This document shows, in pieces, positions 1 to 11,299 of a DNA stretch of 64,000 nt. The stretch's first letter is position 1. The number at the start of each line of letters is the position of its first letter. The position numbers and the translations under genes were made by a program. The notes below the pieces were generated by a model that was not told the origin of the DNA, made no database searches, and worked only from the letters and a program-made list of their open reading frames with translations. The DNA lies in NCBI GenBank assembly GCA_965655095.1, contig OZ296654.1, positions 94,054,001 to 94,118,000 of the forward strand. Reading direction: 5' to 3'. The stretch comes from Haplodiscus bocki. Lineage: Eukaryota.

Positions 1-931
1 ACTGATTCGTAGAGTTCTATCACAGTCAGTTCAGTTCGGCGATTCTTTTCGTTCCACACTGAAAATACGACCCAGTTTTCAGAATGGACTGCTTGTATAT
101 CCGAAATTCGTTTCATAGAAGTCGAAAAAATGATATCGCCATTTATGGAATCAATTAAGCTGAACTCGTAAAAATGTTTCGTTTCCTCGCTTGAAGAATC
201 AGGAATAACAGGGCTAACAACTAAGAAAACTATGTTGGGGTTCAGATATTTGAACAAAACTGTTCGGTCGCTTTGCACCTTGCCGGGAGAATCGACCAAT
301 TCGCCCTCTCTCTTGGCGTGAATTGATTGGATCTTGTGGGTAGGTCCAAAACTTTGTGTCCAGAGAGTTTCACCGGCACCACAGTCTTTGTATCTCAAGC
401 CGATAAGTTCAGAGACTGACTTCATTGCCATTACAATGAAAGGCTGATGTTGGAATCTTCTTCGAAATCGCTTTTTTACAAATTCAGATTTCGGGTAAAG
501 CGTTAACTCCATTTGAGAGTTAAGAATTCCAAAACTCTTGATTTCCTCCTCGTCGGCTAACTCAGGTATTGTAAAAACCTGTACAGCTTTGTACCCTTCG
601 TCTAAAATTAGTTCATAAACCTCGCCGCTTATTGGATTAAAATACACCAATGCCACATTTCCGTTCAACTTGTTTTGACCAATCACAACAGCGCGTGGTT
701 TGTATTTGTAATTGTCTGTTGTGCGCTGAACAAACAAGAACGAATTTGATTCGCCAGCTTGGGTAGCGAATGAAAAGTCTTTGAACCAATGAGACCACAC
801 TATTTTACCCGAATTGCTCAACATTCCGAGTAGCTTTCCGTTAGAGGTCAAAAGAATAACCATTTTATTGACATTGAACTTATCTCGAACTAATTCGCTG
901 TCTTCAGCACCACATTCAGTCAAGAAAGTAC
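1..931 (-). CDS. EMC1: ER membrane protein complex subunit 1, exon 2 (continues beyond window start)
   Basis: Frame read manually from acceptor cactcacag|GT at 932/931: LVRDKFNVNKMVILLTSNGKLLGM, LFVQRTT, SDRTVLFKYLNPN, HSENWVVFSVWNEKNRRTELTVIELYE, all matching EMC1 C-terminal motifs; phase 1 matches exon 1. Confidence 0.93.
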
Positions 932-935
932 CTGT

Positions 936-2991
936 GAGTGATGCGCATTTCTAGGAAAAATTTTTATCCAAATACTTAAAATGAATTTACTTCAAATGAT
1001 TCATTTTGATTTTTTGACAAAAAAAATCTGAAGGAAATCGAACAACGGACCTTTAGTATAACAATCAAGATATCAAAAGACTAGTCAACAATTTAAAAAA
1101 TTTCAGAAATGAGGATATTATTGCACTGTTTTTGAGATTCTACTGCCAACAGTTAACGCAAAACAAAAGGCGCAGAGGTACTGCAAAAAATTTTGACGTC
1201 AACGGTTCAAAGATAAAAATGCTGAAAAAAAGGCGCCCTAGGGGGCGAGGAGGCTCACTCTCCGCTCAGAAAGAAGATTATTGAACAGAACTGAAGCTTG
1301 AAAACCCTGTTCATAATAGTAACCGTGCGTTTGTATGATATATGATGCATTTGTAGCTAAAAAGATTATTTGGAGGGCAAAACAACAGAAATTTTATGAA
1401 AAGCGACCAGTTAGCTAACTTTAAAAGTTTGGCTAAATTGGGTTAAATACCATACTGGACAAAAAATTTCAGAAATCTAAAAAAAATCAAACATTGCTGT
1501 ATATTTATTACGTTGAATGCGTAGTCACTGAGTTGTTTTAGAAGGGAAAAGATCAAAATTTACCATAATATCGCGAAAACTGTTATTTTTGCCAAATCAA
1601 AGACACCATGACCTGCACTGGACGGTAAAAGAGTGAAAATTCCGGAGCCGTCATTCGTAGAACTGCAAAAACCTTCAAAGATTTAGGACTCCTCTGACCT
1701 AATCTGCTAGAAACGTTAGTTGAAATAGTTGTTCGAGAGTTGATGAAACAAAAGTGCGAAAAAACCGGAAAAGTTAAAAAATTAGCCAATTTTTGGGCTA
1801 TTTCGAAGTACCAAAATGACCAGCTTCTAAATAAAGTTTGCAGACTTGACAAACAAGTCTCACACTTTAAAATTTTCGCACAGATTGATGCTGGCTGTAT
1901 TGGTAACGAAGTGATTTGTGAGACAAATGGGCGAACATTCCGAAAAAACGCAAATACACTAGTTATTTTTTTTTACTGGAAAACAATGGACGTTTTTAAA
2001 ATCCGAAGCGGCGCACTTTCGTTCCAAACATGGGCTGGTCGCAAAATTTACGTATTTTCATACACCAACGAAACTTGCGGATTACCCACATACAACGTGA
2101 AAAAACTATTCGTTTACTAATTCCGTTAAAGGTTAAAGTTCCCAGTTAAGAAAATGAATTTCATTAGTGAAATTGAGTTCAATGGAGGCAAAAATTGCAA
2201 ATTTTACAACTTTTACACCACCAAAACGGTAAAATTGGCAAAAATTTATTGCTTACCGTTTTGAGACACTTTTCGGTTTGAAGAGCGGAAGTTACGCCGC
2301 GTATTTGATTAGCCGAGGGTTGAGTTTTCCAAAGTAGAATGTCGAAAATTATTGAATAGTCTTAAAACAACCAAAAAATGAAAAAAACGGTCTTTCTGCA
2401 CATTTACGTGGTACAAACTCTGTTAAAAACAACTGCAAAAACTTTGTATTTCTCAAAACTGATTTCTTCCGTGTCCAGAGAAACATTTTGGGCGATTTTT
2501 TTTCGAATATAGCAGGAAAGTTTTAGACTGATATCCCAACTTTTCAAACCGTCCACATTATTTCAACGATGCTTTTTTTGGTTACTACTACAACTATTTC
2601 TGCTAAGCTCATTAAGTAGTAGAGATAAATGTTCACGTTCAAACTAAGTGCAGCGATATACGAAAATCCAGAGTTCACGCGGAACTGACAAATTTACGGA
2701 TGAAAAAGTCCACAGACTGAATTCAATATTTTTCTTCTGTATGAAATTAGAACGAAAAATGAGAAACATGCTTTGGAAATCACAGCTTTTGAATGAAAAA
2801 TGCCTGAACACTTTCAATAAATCAAAAAAAGCTCACCTTTCAAGATTTCAAAGCTGCTAACGTGCTCTGCCAATTTGAAATTATGCTAAAATACTGTTCC
2901 GGTAGATGAAAAATTTCATAGATTCTTTTTGACAATTGTTGCTTCCTTTAAAATATAAAAACCCTCCAAAAACAAAAAAAGTGCATCACTC
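936..2991. mobile_element. hAT-type non-autonomous insertion that constitutes the EMC1 intron (intron 2995..932)
   Basis: Inverted repeats GAGTGATGC (936-944) / GCATCACTC (2983-2991), immediately flanked by identical 8-mers GTACCTGT at 928-935 and 2992-2999. Confidence 0.8.
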
Positions 2992-2995
2992 GTAC

Positions 2996-4433
2996 CTGTT
3001 GAGATTTTTTTATAGCTGTCAGTTACGAAATTGACAAATTGCGAAAAATGAGAAGAAATTCTGCGATAAAACATTTCTAGGATGGTGGTTTTTGCACGAC
3101 TCGCGAATTCAAAATCGGCTTCTAGAGTGATCATGGTTTCGCTTAAGTTTAAGTCACACATATCAACGTTGACTCCATAAGCTAAGGATTGATCTTTTTC
3201 CCACAAAACTGAAACTTCGCTTTCAGATGAAATTCCCAATAATGCCAAATTGTAGTCTTCAAAGGAAAACAAAACTCGTTCAAGTTTTCCGCTGTTTTTG
3301 CCGCTCACGGCAGCCACGGTGGTAACTTTTCCATGCTTCCGCAACTTTTGGGAGCCAATTATGTGTGTAAAAACTTTTTCAGCGGAATGGGTTTCAAAGG
3401 CTGTGATGGTACGTTCTGACGATTCGTCGCTGATAACACCGACTATCAGTCCTGATTTGGAGTTAGAAGTTAATATTTCGAAATGAGTCTCATAATTTGA
3501 GAACAAAGCGATATGTTCGAATTTGCCGTTCTCAATGATTCGTAGCAAAGAAGCGTGGGAATCAACATATTGAATCAGGTACATACCAGTTCCGATAAAC
3601 TTGACATCAGCAACAGCAAACTTCAGTTTGCTTTCATTTTCTTTTTCGGTTTCTGAGGATTTTCCACCGAACGCTGGAACAATACTCAGGGAATCTTCTT
3701 TCCAGCAGAATGCAAACATGCCTTCTAACTTACATTCAGAGGACGAACCCGTGATCGTCTTGATAAATTCCTCCGATTTTTCCCCAGTAGCAGCATCTAA
3801 CGTCAACACGATAACTTTGTCAGAATGTAGGGTAACCACTGCAACATTACCTTGCGAAACACCAATAGAACCTTGCAGAACATCGCTTTTCTGAGGAAGC
3901 ACGATTTTCCTCATCAAGTAAGGTTCCTCTGTTTTCAGTGAGTATGACCAAGCAGCGTTTTCATCATTTGTGAAGCATGCAATTTCTGATCTAGTAGCAA
4001 CGAAAAGACCAATGTTGGGTTTTGAAATAACACCATAATCGTCGATTGCTGAGTTGAAACTTGCTGTTTCTTGAAAGGGAATTTCCTCTCTTAGACTTCC
4101 TGAAGTTTTGTCAAACACCCGAAGAAGTCTCCTTTTCTCGTGTACAACATAGATATCTCCGTTGTCGGCTAACTCAACCCGGGATATTTCTCCATCAACA
4201 TCTCCAAAGACTTTTCTCCAAATAATTTTGCCTAATTTAGGCTCCACAAGTGCCAAAACATTCTCGGATGCAACCAATGCTCGTGACTGGCTGTTTACTG
4301 TGATGAACCTCGACCAAGTGACGCAACCGAAGTTTTCGATCAGCCAATCAAATTTGCCGACTTGGTCTTCGAACAAACTGAGAGCAGTCGGAGGGCAGCA
4401 GCATAGCAGAGATAGCAAGCAATACAATTTCAT
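2996..4433 (-). CDS. EMC1: ER membrane protein complex subunit 1, exon 1
   Basis: Within ORF 2916..4466; second Met (4433) gives signal peptide MKLYCLLSLLCCCPPTALS followed by the EMC1 hallmark LFEDQVGKFDW and GKIIWRKV; donor ACAG|gtacgag at 2996/2995 (1438 nt, phase 1). Confidence 0.93.
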
Positions 4434-5289
4434 TGCTTCCTGAAAATATTGAACTACCAAAAACATCTCAAAACTTGCGTTCAGCGAACATGAAGAATTA
4501 AGTTATTTCCACTACTATTTATGGAAAGACATTAAAAACGACTGAAAAAACCTATTCGAAAGCTCCACAGCAAAACCAAAAATATAATTCTTTTATGGCC
4601 AGCTTTTCATTTGTTTGACGCCAAAAAGTTTCAAAAAACCGCGATGAAAGTCAATTAGTGAACCAATAAATATTCAAAACTTAGCAGCGAACTACTAGGA
4701 AAAAGTTTTTCTCTGAAACGATTAATTTGAGACTTCAATTTATTTTGTACCTCAACCCCAAATCGCAAGGCGTCAAAAAAGAAAATATTCTCATTTTGTT
4801 CATTCGCACCAAAATCTTTAGAATTCTAAGTAATTCTTCTCTAAACGTCAAGATTTATGAAAACAATTTTAAAATTTGAAGCATAAATTTTCAACTAAAA
4901 CTGTCTACTATGTATATGGCGCCGCTTGTTTCTTCATTCCATAACCCATACAATATTCACATACAATCCTTTACTTTTTGGACTGCCAAGTCTATCAAAA
5001 AATCATGCATGGATTGAATTCCAATCTTATACAGATATTTTTTTGTGTCTCCGCAATATGCAAAAAGAATTCTATGTTTTCGAGCTCATTACAGAGAGAA
5101 CAAAGCGGGTGGGGTTTTGGACCGTTGTTCTACATCACATAATCGAATCTTCGTCTCTGCAACAAGTGTAAACAAACTTGAAAAAATTGCTTTCATGAAA
5201 AGGCGTCAATTTGTTTCCACAGCCAGCTCAGGGAAGTGTGACTCGTCAGCTCCATATATACTTCTTGATTTTCCTATCGTTCAGCCCCG

Positions 5290-6420
5290 GTCGCCGAAAT
5301 CTATTCTGTTCTGCCGGCACCATTCATAAATTTCGCTCTTTTGAATAGGACCCGATTGACAAATCGATTGCTTTTGCTTGTTGCAGCCAGTGTGTTTTCA
5401 TTCAGTTCAGCAATTTTGAAGCGAAAAGGTGCTATCGTCTAGTTAAGTTTTTTTAGACACTTTCCTAATTAGCTATAATATGTCTTTGAGCTTCTGTGTC
5501 GTTAAAGATTAAAGTTATCCAAGTCCAGTATTCTGCTTGCTGCCATGTGTATTCCAATATCAGGCAACCTCACTCCTCCTTCCTCCACAGGAATTTAGGA
5601 CATTTGGGAGCTAAATCATGTTTCCTGGAATTAACCCCACTTTGATTTCAACCTGAACTGATTGAAAGATTGCACAATCGAGTTTGTATCTGATTCATGT
5701 GAATGGCCAAATTTAAAACTTCTGGTGAAACTGAAGATACCGCTGTAATATGTTTCCCACGGAAAGTTTCATGCTTGTTCTATGTAAATTCTCTGCTTTC
5801 AATATATCTTCTGCAAGCTTGTTCATATTCTTCCCATCCGCTTCTTCATCTGTACCGATGAAAACATCCTAAGACTTTCACTGTATATGAACATTTGTAC
5901 CCATTTATAGACTGAGATGTCAGGACTACAGTTTTGTAGGCGCTACTCTAGAATGCATTCAATAAAAATTTGTGATCTACGGCTGAAACCCTGCCTTCGT
6001 TCCGGAGCGCAAAAAGTTTGGTCTTAAATATTACTAGCCGAGAGCTTTTATTGTCAGATAAATACCGTACATTCTTGAAATACAGACCAAATACAAGAAA
6101 AAAATTGAAATGTTCTAGACTGTCACCCTTTCTCCCAAATGATTCTCACCTATTTGTCCCACGACAAAATTTTTCAACAGTACCAAGTAGTTTACCGGGA
6201 CTAATTTCGAACACAAACGAAGCGGAACTTCGCAACATATTCTGACTTTTCAGTTGAAATCCAAGATAAAGTTGACAGATTGAAGGTCTTGAGAGACCTC
6301 AAAACCTGGATCAGATATATGATAGACACTTTTAGAGCCATGTCTACAAAAGTTTGTTTTAAAAAGTCCACTTGAAACCAGTATCTACTACAGTCTCTAA
6401 TAGTCAAAAGTATATGCAAG
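5290..6420 (-). mobile_element. Decayed L1/Tx1-like non-LTR retrotransposon fragment (boundaries approximate)
   Basis: Minus-strand peptide remnants such as IPVEEGGVRLPDI (compare LPxxxGGLGLPD) and VKVLG, broken by stops and frameshifts. Confidence 0.45.
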
Positions 6421-6446
6421 CATGTCTTTCAACAATCGCCACTTTG

Positions 6447-6624
6447 TAGCTATTTTGAGAGCTGTAAGTTTTTTTTACAGGTAACGTTATCTGTGACACC
6501 AAGTGTTGTTCATTTTTGCGTTGTTATCTTGTGTAAATCTTTTAAACATTGCGCAAAAATGAACAACATTTGGTGTCACAAATAACGTTACCTGTAAAAA
6601 AACTTACAGCTCTCAAAATAGCTA
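6447..6624. repeat. Long near-perfect inverted repeat (about 74-bp arms, about 30-bp spacer)
   Basis: tagctattttgagagctgtaagtt...gttcatttttgcg pairs with cgcaaaaatgaac...aacttacagctctcaaaatagcta. Confidence 0.9.
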
Positions 6625-7230
6625 ATATTAGTCGACAAGACGTCAAAATCGCTTCAAAAATTTCGTATCTCATTGGTCAATCATGAGGACTTGTGACTCT
6701 TGATGAAAACACCAAAAAATTGCATAAGTCTGGTCAACTAAGTTTAAACAACCTTCATAATCTGAACCTAAAAGATAACAATTTGAGTTTGGGGCATGTG
6801 TCAATTTTGATGATTGAGAGGCGGCACGTGCCGATTTGAAAGAAGTTCCGATGTCTTGTTTACTAATATTAACCACTTTGAACTTTGAGCACTCAAAAAA
6901 TTTACATATAACGTTTTTTGGGGACCCTAATAGACTTCCCGCATTGTCTCATATTCAGAACACTATTAAGTGAAATATTACCTTTTAGAGCGCTGGTGTT
7001 CCTTTTTCAGACTAACGGTCAAATATTTTGCATTTTTCAGAACTAAAAAATAAACCAGTACCTGCTAAGATGGTTCAAAAAGGGTCTCTTTGACCGTTTG
7101 AATTAGATGACTAGACTTTCTGATGACGTCACAAAATGAAAGTTTTGGACAGGATACAAGAAACTATGCATAAGCCGGTTTCCAATACTCCTTCTTCCTT
7201 TGTCAGAATGTGTAAAGCCGAAAGTTTTTC
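6550..7230 (+). repeat. Dispersed repeat, copy 1 (related to ~33420-34100)
   Basis: Colinear shared blocks: aagttccgatgtcttgtt, tgtctcatattca, ccttttagagc, agtacctgc(t/c)aagatg, tagatgacta, tcagaatgtgt. Confidence 0.8.
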
Positions 7231-8304
7231 ACAAAATACAAACGAATAAGAGTTGATATTCTTGAGTTGGAAGACTGATTACCCAATCCTACATGAAAAT
7301 GCATATAGTGAAAAGTATCTCCGCTGTTGCAAACTATCGGAATTTTTCTGACGTCATTCTCGAAAGACCGGCGCCAGCCAATAAAAAGCTAGTAAATAAA
7401 ACTCAGTGTTTCGGTTATAGCGTCATGATGATTATGCCTAATGAAGAAAGTGAGTGAGTTCTTCAAGTCATCCGCTATATTCACTCACCTATTTTATTCA
7501 TTCGGCGGGATAATAGTGACTTCGAAACGGAAAAAAACTTGAACAGATCTTAAAGTGTTCAGAACGGATTGAAAATTTAATCTGCCGATCTGGCAAATGG
7601 GTTTGATAGTTCTCAAAATGCCAAAACTTAAATGTATTCAAATTCAAAAATATGATTGAACAAGACAAAAACAACCAATTTTCGTTAACCGGAAAATATT
7701 ATTTCAACGCTTGAGTAGAAGGGCACCGCATGGTTCAGCTAGTGCTCTATTGATGTTTATGAAAAAATATATAAAAATATTGGAAAAGTCTAGTACCGTG
7801 AAACTGAACTCATCAGACAACTGAGCCATAAACCTAATAAACGTAATTCTCGCGTAAAATTAATTAATCCATGCACTCAATGTTAATAGATAAAATGCAA
7901 TAGATGCCGGTGAATTGCAAAATTGCTAACTAAATAGAAATGGACTTCCAATTTTCTGTAAGAAGAGATGCTTATTTCATCGTGACTTTTCTACTTTACT
8001 TCAATTAGTGTTTCCTGGCTTTTCCCTAATTTGTTGTTTTTCTGAATTGAAACCTAAAATTGTCCCAGTTAATCAGAGACTATACAGAATTTTTCTTCTG
8101 GTAGTTCTTACGTTGTTCGAAAAGACATTATTTAGCGATTTATTTTTAAAACTAAAGTAAACTAATAACGTTAGAAAAGCTACCTTTTGAGCAAAACTGC
8201 TCTACAATCATTTGCAATTTGTACTTGGAAGCAAATGCTCCGTCTGAGAATCTAAAACCTAACGTTACAACAATTTGCAAACTGTTTATTATTTTGAGTT
8301 GTCT

Positions 8305-8710
8305 AATATTTTCCGCCATTTTTATAATACGAGGAAGAACGCGAACGTTTGTTTACTCAAGGTTTGCCAATTGATAGTGTCAGATGTTCGACGACTAATC
8401 GGACACTTTCTGAACGTGAATTTTTTCCCCTAAATTGTAGCAAATTTGCCGTAGAATGCGCGACTGAAATAGTAAGATTTCTCAGAACGTTTAAATTTTG
8501 GGGTTTTTTCGAAAAAACCTGAATTTTTTTTCAAAATCGCTCAAGGTGGCAAATTTGCTGTAGAATGCGAATCAATTGATAGTCTTTCTTAAAAATGTCT
8601 TTATGAAGAGAGTTTTTTTTGGAAAAAAACACTTTCGGTCTTCTAAAAGGCATCTTTATCAAAATTGGAGGGCGGAAAATATGGCGTTGGCAGCCGGCCA
8701 TCTTATTATC
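8305..8710 (+). mobile_element. Non-autonomous dispersed element (DINE-1/Helentron-like); further copies at ~29725-30140 (+), ~41535-42040 (-), ~46770-47215 (-), ~48680-49105 (-), partial at ~52730-52900 and ~53780-53890
   Basis: Shared motifs ttgccgtagaatgc, ttggagggcggaaaa, gccggccatctt(g/a)tt, cgtgcaattgg; subterminal inverted attttccgcc/ggcggaaaat. The Helentron-like class is inferred. Confidence 0.6.
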
Positions 8711-9062
8711 ATTATTCCTCTACTGATGAGTCATTTAGAAAGCTTATCCAACTAGAAGTGAGGATAAAAAAGTGCGGGAAAATTTTATTTCCCAGCACGA
8801 AAAAAAACTTGAAGATCACTTCAATTTTTCAAAGGTTTCTCTTAAAACTGACATGCGCAAAGCAACATAATCTAATAGATATTTCGGACACTGAAATTTA
8901 AAGGAGTAAAGCGCAATTTTGGACACAAAAATGAGAAAGTATCGACGCCGACTTTTCTCCACCATAGCTTCAAAGAAGAGAAAAATTAAAATGAAAGTTG
9001 CAAAAAAATTAATTCCCAGCACTTAAAAGGCAAAAAGATTGTAAAAAGATAAAATTGCGCAA

Positions 9063-10268
9063 CTATAGGACATTTTTGCTGCCAATTCCATTCAGAATGG
9101 GTCTCAGCTCGTTTTGCGTCGCTTCGGTTACAGCAATGACGGCACATTTGTTCACACCCACGAAGGTTCCCAGTTGTTTTGTGTCACCTGCTACCAAATA
9201 AGGAACCCCTTGTTGACCACACATCTTCGGAAATACCTGGATAACTTCAATAGGCTGCAAGTCCCCGGCTATCACGACAAGTTTGGGTTCTTTATTTTGT
9301 ATACTTTTGGCTACATCGTGGATGCCACATTTGAGTCCCTTGGGTAGGCCTTTGTCATCGCCCTGGGTTGTCTTATACGTCTTCAAAAGAGAGAACACTT
9401 TGGTTGATATCGATTGATTGGCTTTCTTCAAGTCGTTTCTCTTCGAGTCTTCCATGTTGATATTAAATTGATCTCCGAGTTGCCGGGCAACAATTTCCCA
9501 TCTTTTTGCAAACTTCTTATTCTTCCATACCCGCTTACCCTTTCCTACTTTAGAATCATTTGAGGCCATTAGTTGGTTTCTCAATTTTTTTCTCTGGTTT
9601 CTGCGCTTGCGCTTGAAGTTGTCTTCATTTTTCATCAGTATTTTGGAATCCTCGGCATTTCCTGGCATTTCCGCCGGTGTTTTCGTATCCTCGATATTAT
9701 CTTGTTTTTCGGTGGCTTTCTTGGTTTTATTTGCATTCTGTTTCTTCATGGGCGTTTTGGAACTCTGGAGATTTTCTGGCTTTTGCGCTGGTGTTTTAGA
9801 ATCTTTAGAATCTTCTTGCTTAGCCGCAGATTTCTTGGGATCTTCAGTCATTTTCTGCTTTTTATAAAATGCTTCGGAGCCCTTGAAGTTTTTGGGCCTT
9901 TTCGCCGGTGTTTTGGTATTATTCACATTATCTTGTTCTTCAACGTGTTTATTGTTTTCATCGGCATTCTTTTTCTTCAAAGGCGTTTTCGAATCCATGG
10001 CGTTTTTCCCAGGGTTCAATATTTCAGCATCGTCGGTCAGTTTTTGTTTCTTCTTAGGGGTTGTGATATCAATGACATTTTCCTTATGTTCTGTCGAAGA
10101 TAGCGCTCTCGAGCCAGCTTCGATGGTTTTGACTGCACTTTCACAACTCTCCACCGTTTTGGTAGCTTTAGATTTCCGCTTGGCGACCACTCCAGTTTTC
10201 TTTACGGGGTCAGCTTTGGCAGCAGTCTCAGCCAAAACTTCAGGTCCTTTCGTGCAACGGGTTCTCAT
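9063..10268 (-). CDS. Intronless 401-aa protein: long Lys-rich low-complexity N-terminus plus C-terminal L7Ae/L30e/S12e/Gadd45 RNA-binding domain (NHP2/RPL7A-like)
   Basis: C-terminus CGIHDVAKSIQNKEPKLVVIAGDLQPIEVIQVFPKMCGQQGVPYLV...LGTFVGVNKCAVIAV fits the L7Ae family pattern; uninterrupted ORF. Confidence 0.85.
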   Translation of the reverse strand: MRTRCTKGPEVLAETAAKADPVKKTGVVAKRKSKATKTVESCESAVKTIEAGSRALSSTEHKENVIDITTPKKKQKLTDDAEILNPGKNAMDSKTPLKKKNADENNKHVEEQDNVNNTKTPAKRPKNFKGSEAFYKKQKMTEDPKKSAAKQEDSKDSKTPAQKPENLQSSKTPMKKQNANKTKKATEKQDNIEDTKTPAEMPGNAEDSKILMKNEDNFKRKRRNQRKKLRNQLMASNDSKVGKGKRVWKNKKFAKRWEIVARQLGDQFNINMEDSKRNDLKKANQSISTKVFSLLKTYKTTQGDDKGLPKGLKCGIHDVAKSIQNKEPKLVVIAGDLQPIEVIQVFPKMCGQQGVPYLVAGDTKQLGTFVGVNKCAVIAVTEATQNELRPILNGIGSKNVL

Positions 10269-11299
10269 TTTTCAACCAAAACAAAACCTGAAGAAGAAAC
10301 CAAAATTTTGAGTTGAGAGCCCTGTCAGATATTTCAGATTTCATGATAATACCACAAGTCATTTGCATTCGTTGATCAAATTAACCAGTCAAACGGTAGT
10401 GACATAATACTAAATGGAAATCTTTATAACATTTTATAAAATGCTATAAAATGAAGGAAGTACATTGATAATGTAGGTTAAAGGCTATGAAGTGTGTACT
10501 ATTTAGTGTTGCATGATTGAACAACTTGTTTGACAACTTGGTTTATCATTTGATTGATTTTTTATGGGAGTTTTTTACGAAATGCGTCCACAACCAACAT
10601 TCTACACTCTTTTGGCAATTTGTAGTTGTTGTTACTTCCACTAAAAATAGCTGTACTATAACAGCATTAAGCTTTTTCAAGATGACATACGTCAGTAGTA
10701 TGGGTAGGGGGAGGGGTCAGGGCTATTTTGACTCCTTTGCAGTTTTACCCAATTATACGAATTTCGCAGCTTATTGATAAAGAAACTTCTCGACAGCTTA
10801 AGGACCAATGAAACTACACAAGCCAGCCCCAACTAAATTTGACAGCCGGCTCGCAGCTGAATATACATTCAGAAAATTTTGTCAAAGTCATGTTGAGATA
10901 ACAAAAACTGCTTTTGTTGAACAAAAACATCAAGAAGCAGAAAAGTTTAAATACTCACCATTAGCTCATCAAGCAGAATTGTCCAGTAAAATAAAAGTTT
11001 GAGATAAAAGTAACAAAGTTTTTTGATGAGGTATCGAGTGATAAAAATGAAAAACTTTTGATTCAGTATAAGGACAAATAAATTGCCTCCGAGGGGTCCT
11101 CCGACACACTTTACACACACGCTCACTGCAGTAGAAAACCGTAATGCAACTAACATACGCGAAGACCGGAACGGGGTTAGAACTCACTACGTTCCACGGA
11201 AAACTCCACGAAAGATGAAAGAGTAATAGCATGACCAAGAGGATCCACTGAAAATTGAGAAAATTTAACCGATATTTATTCAAATACCTTCACTAAGAC

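Noticed and set aside
2916-2995. C-terminal part of ORF 2916..4466 and its first Met (4466)
   Set aside because: Read-through into the intron; EMC1 similarity resumes at 931 and the signal peptide starts at Met 4433.
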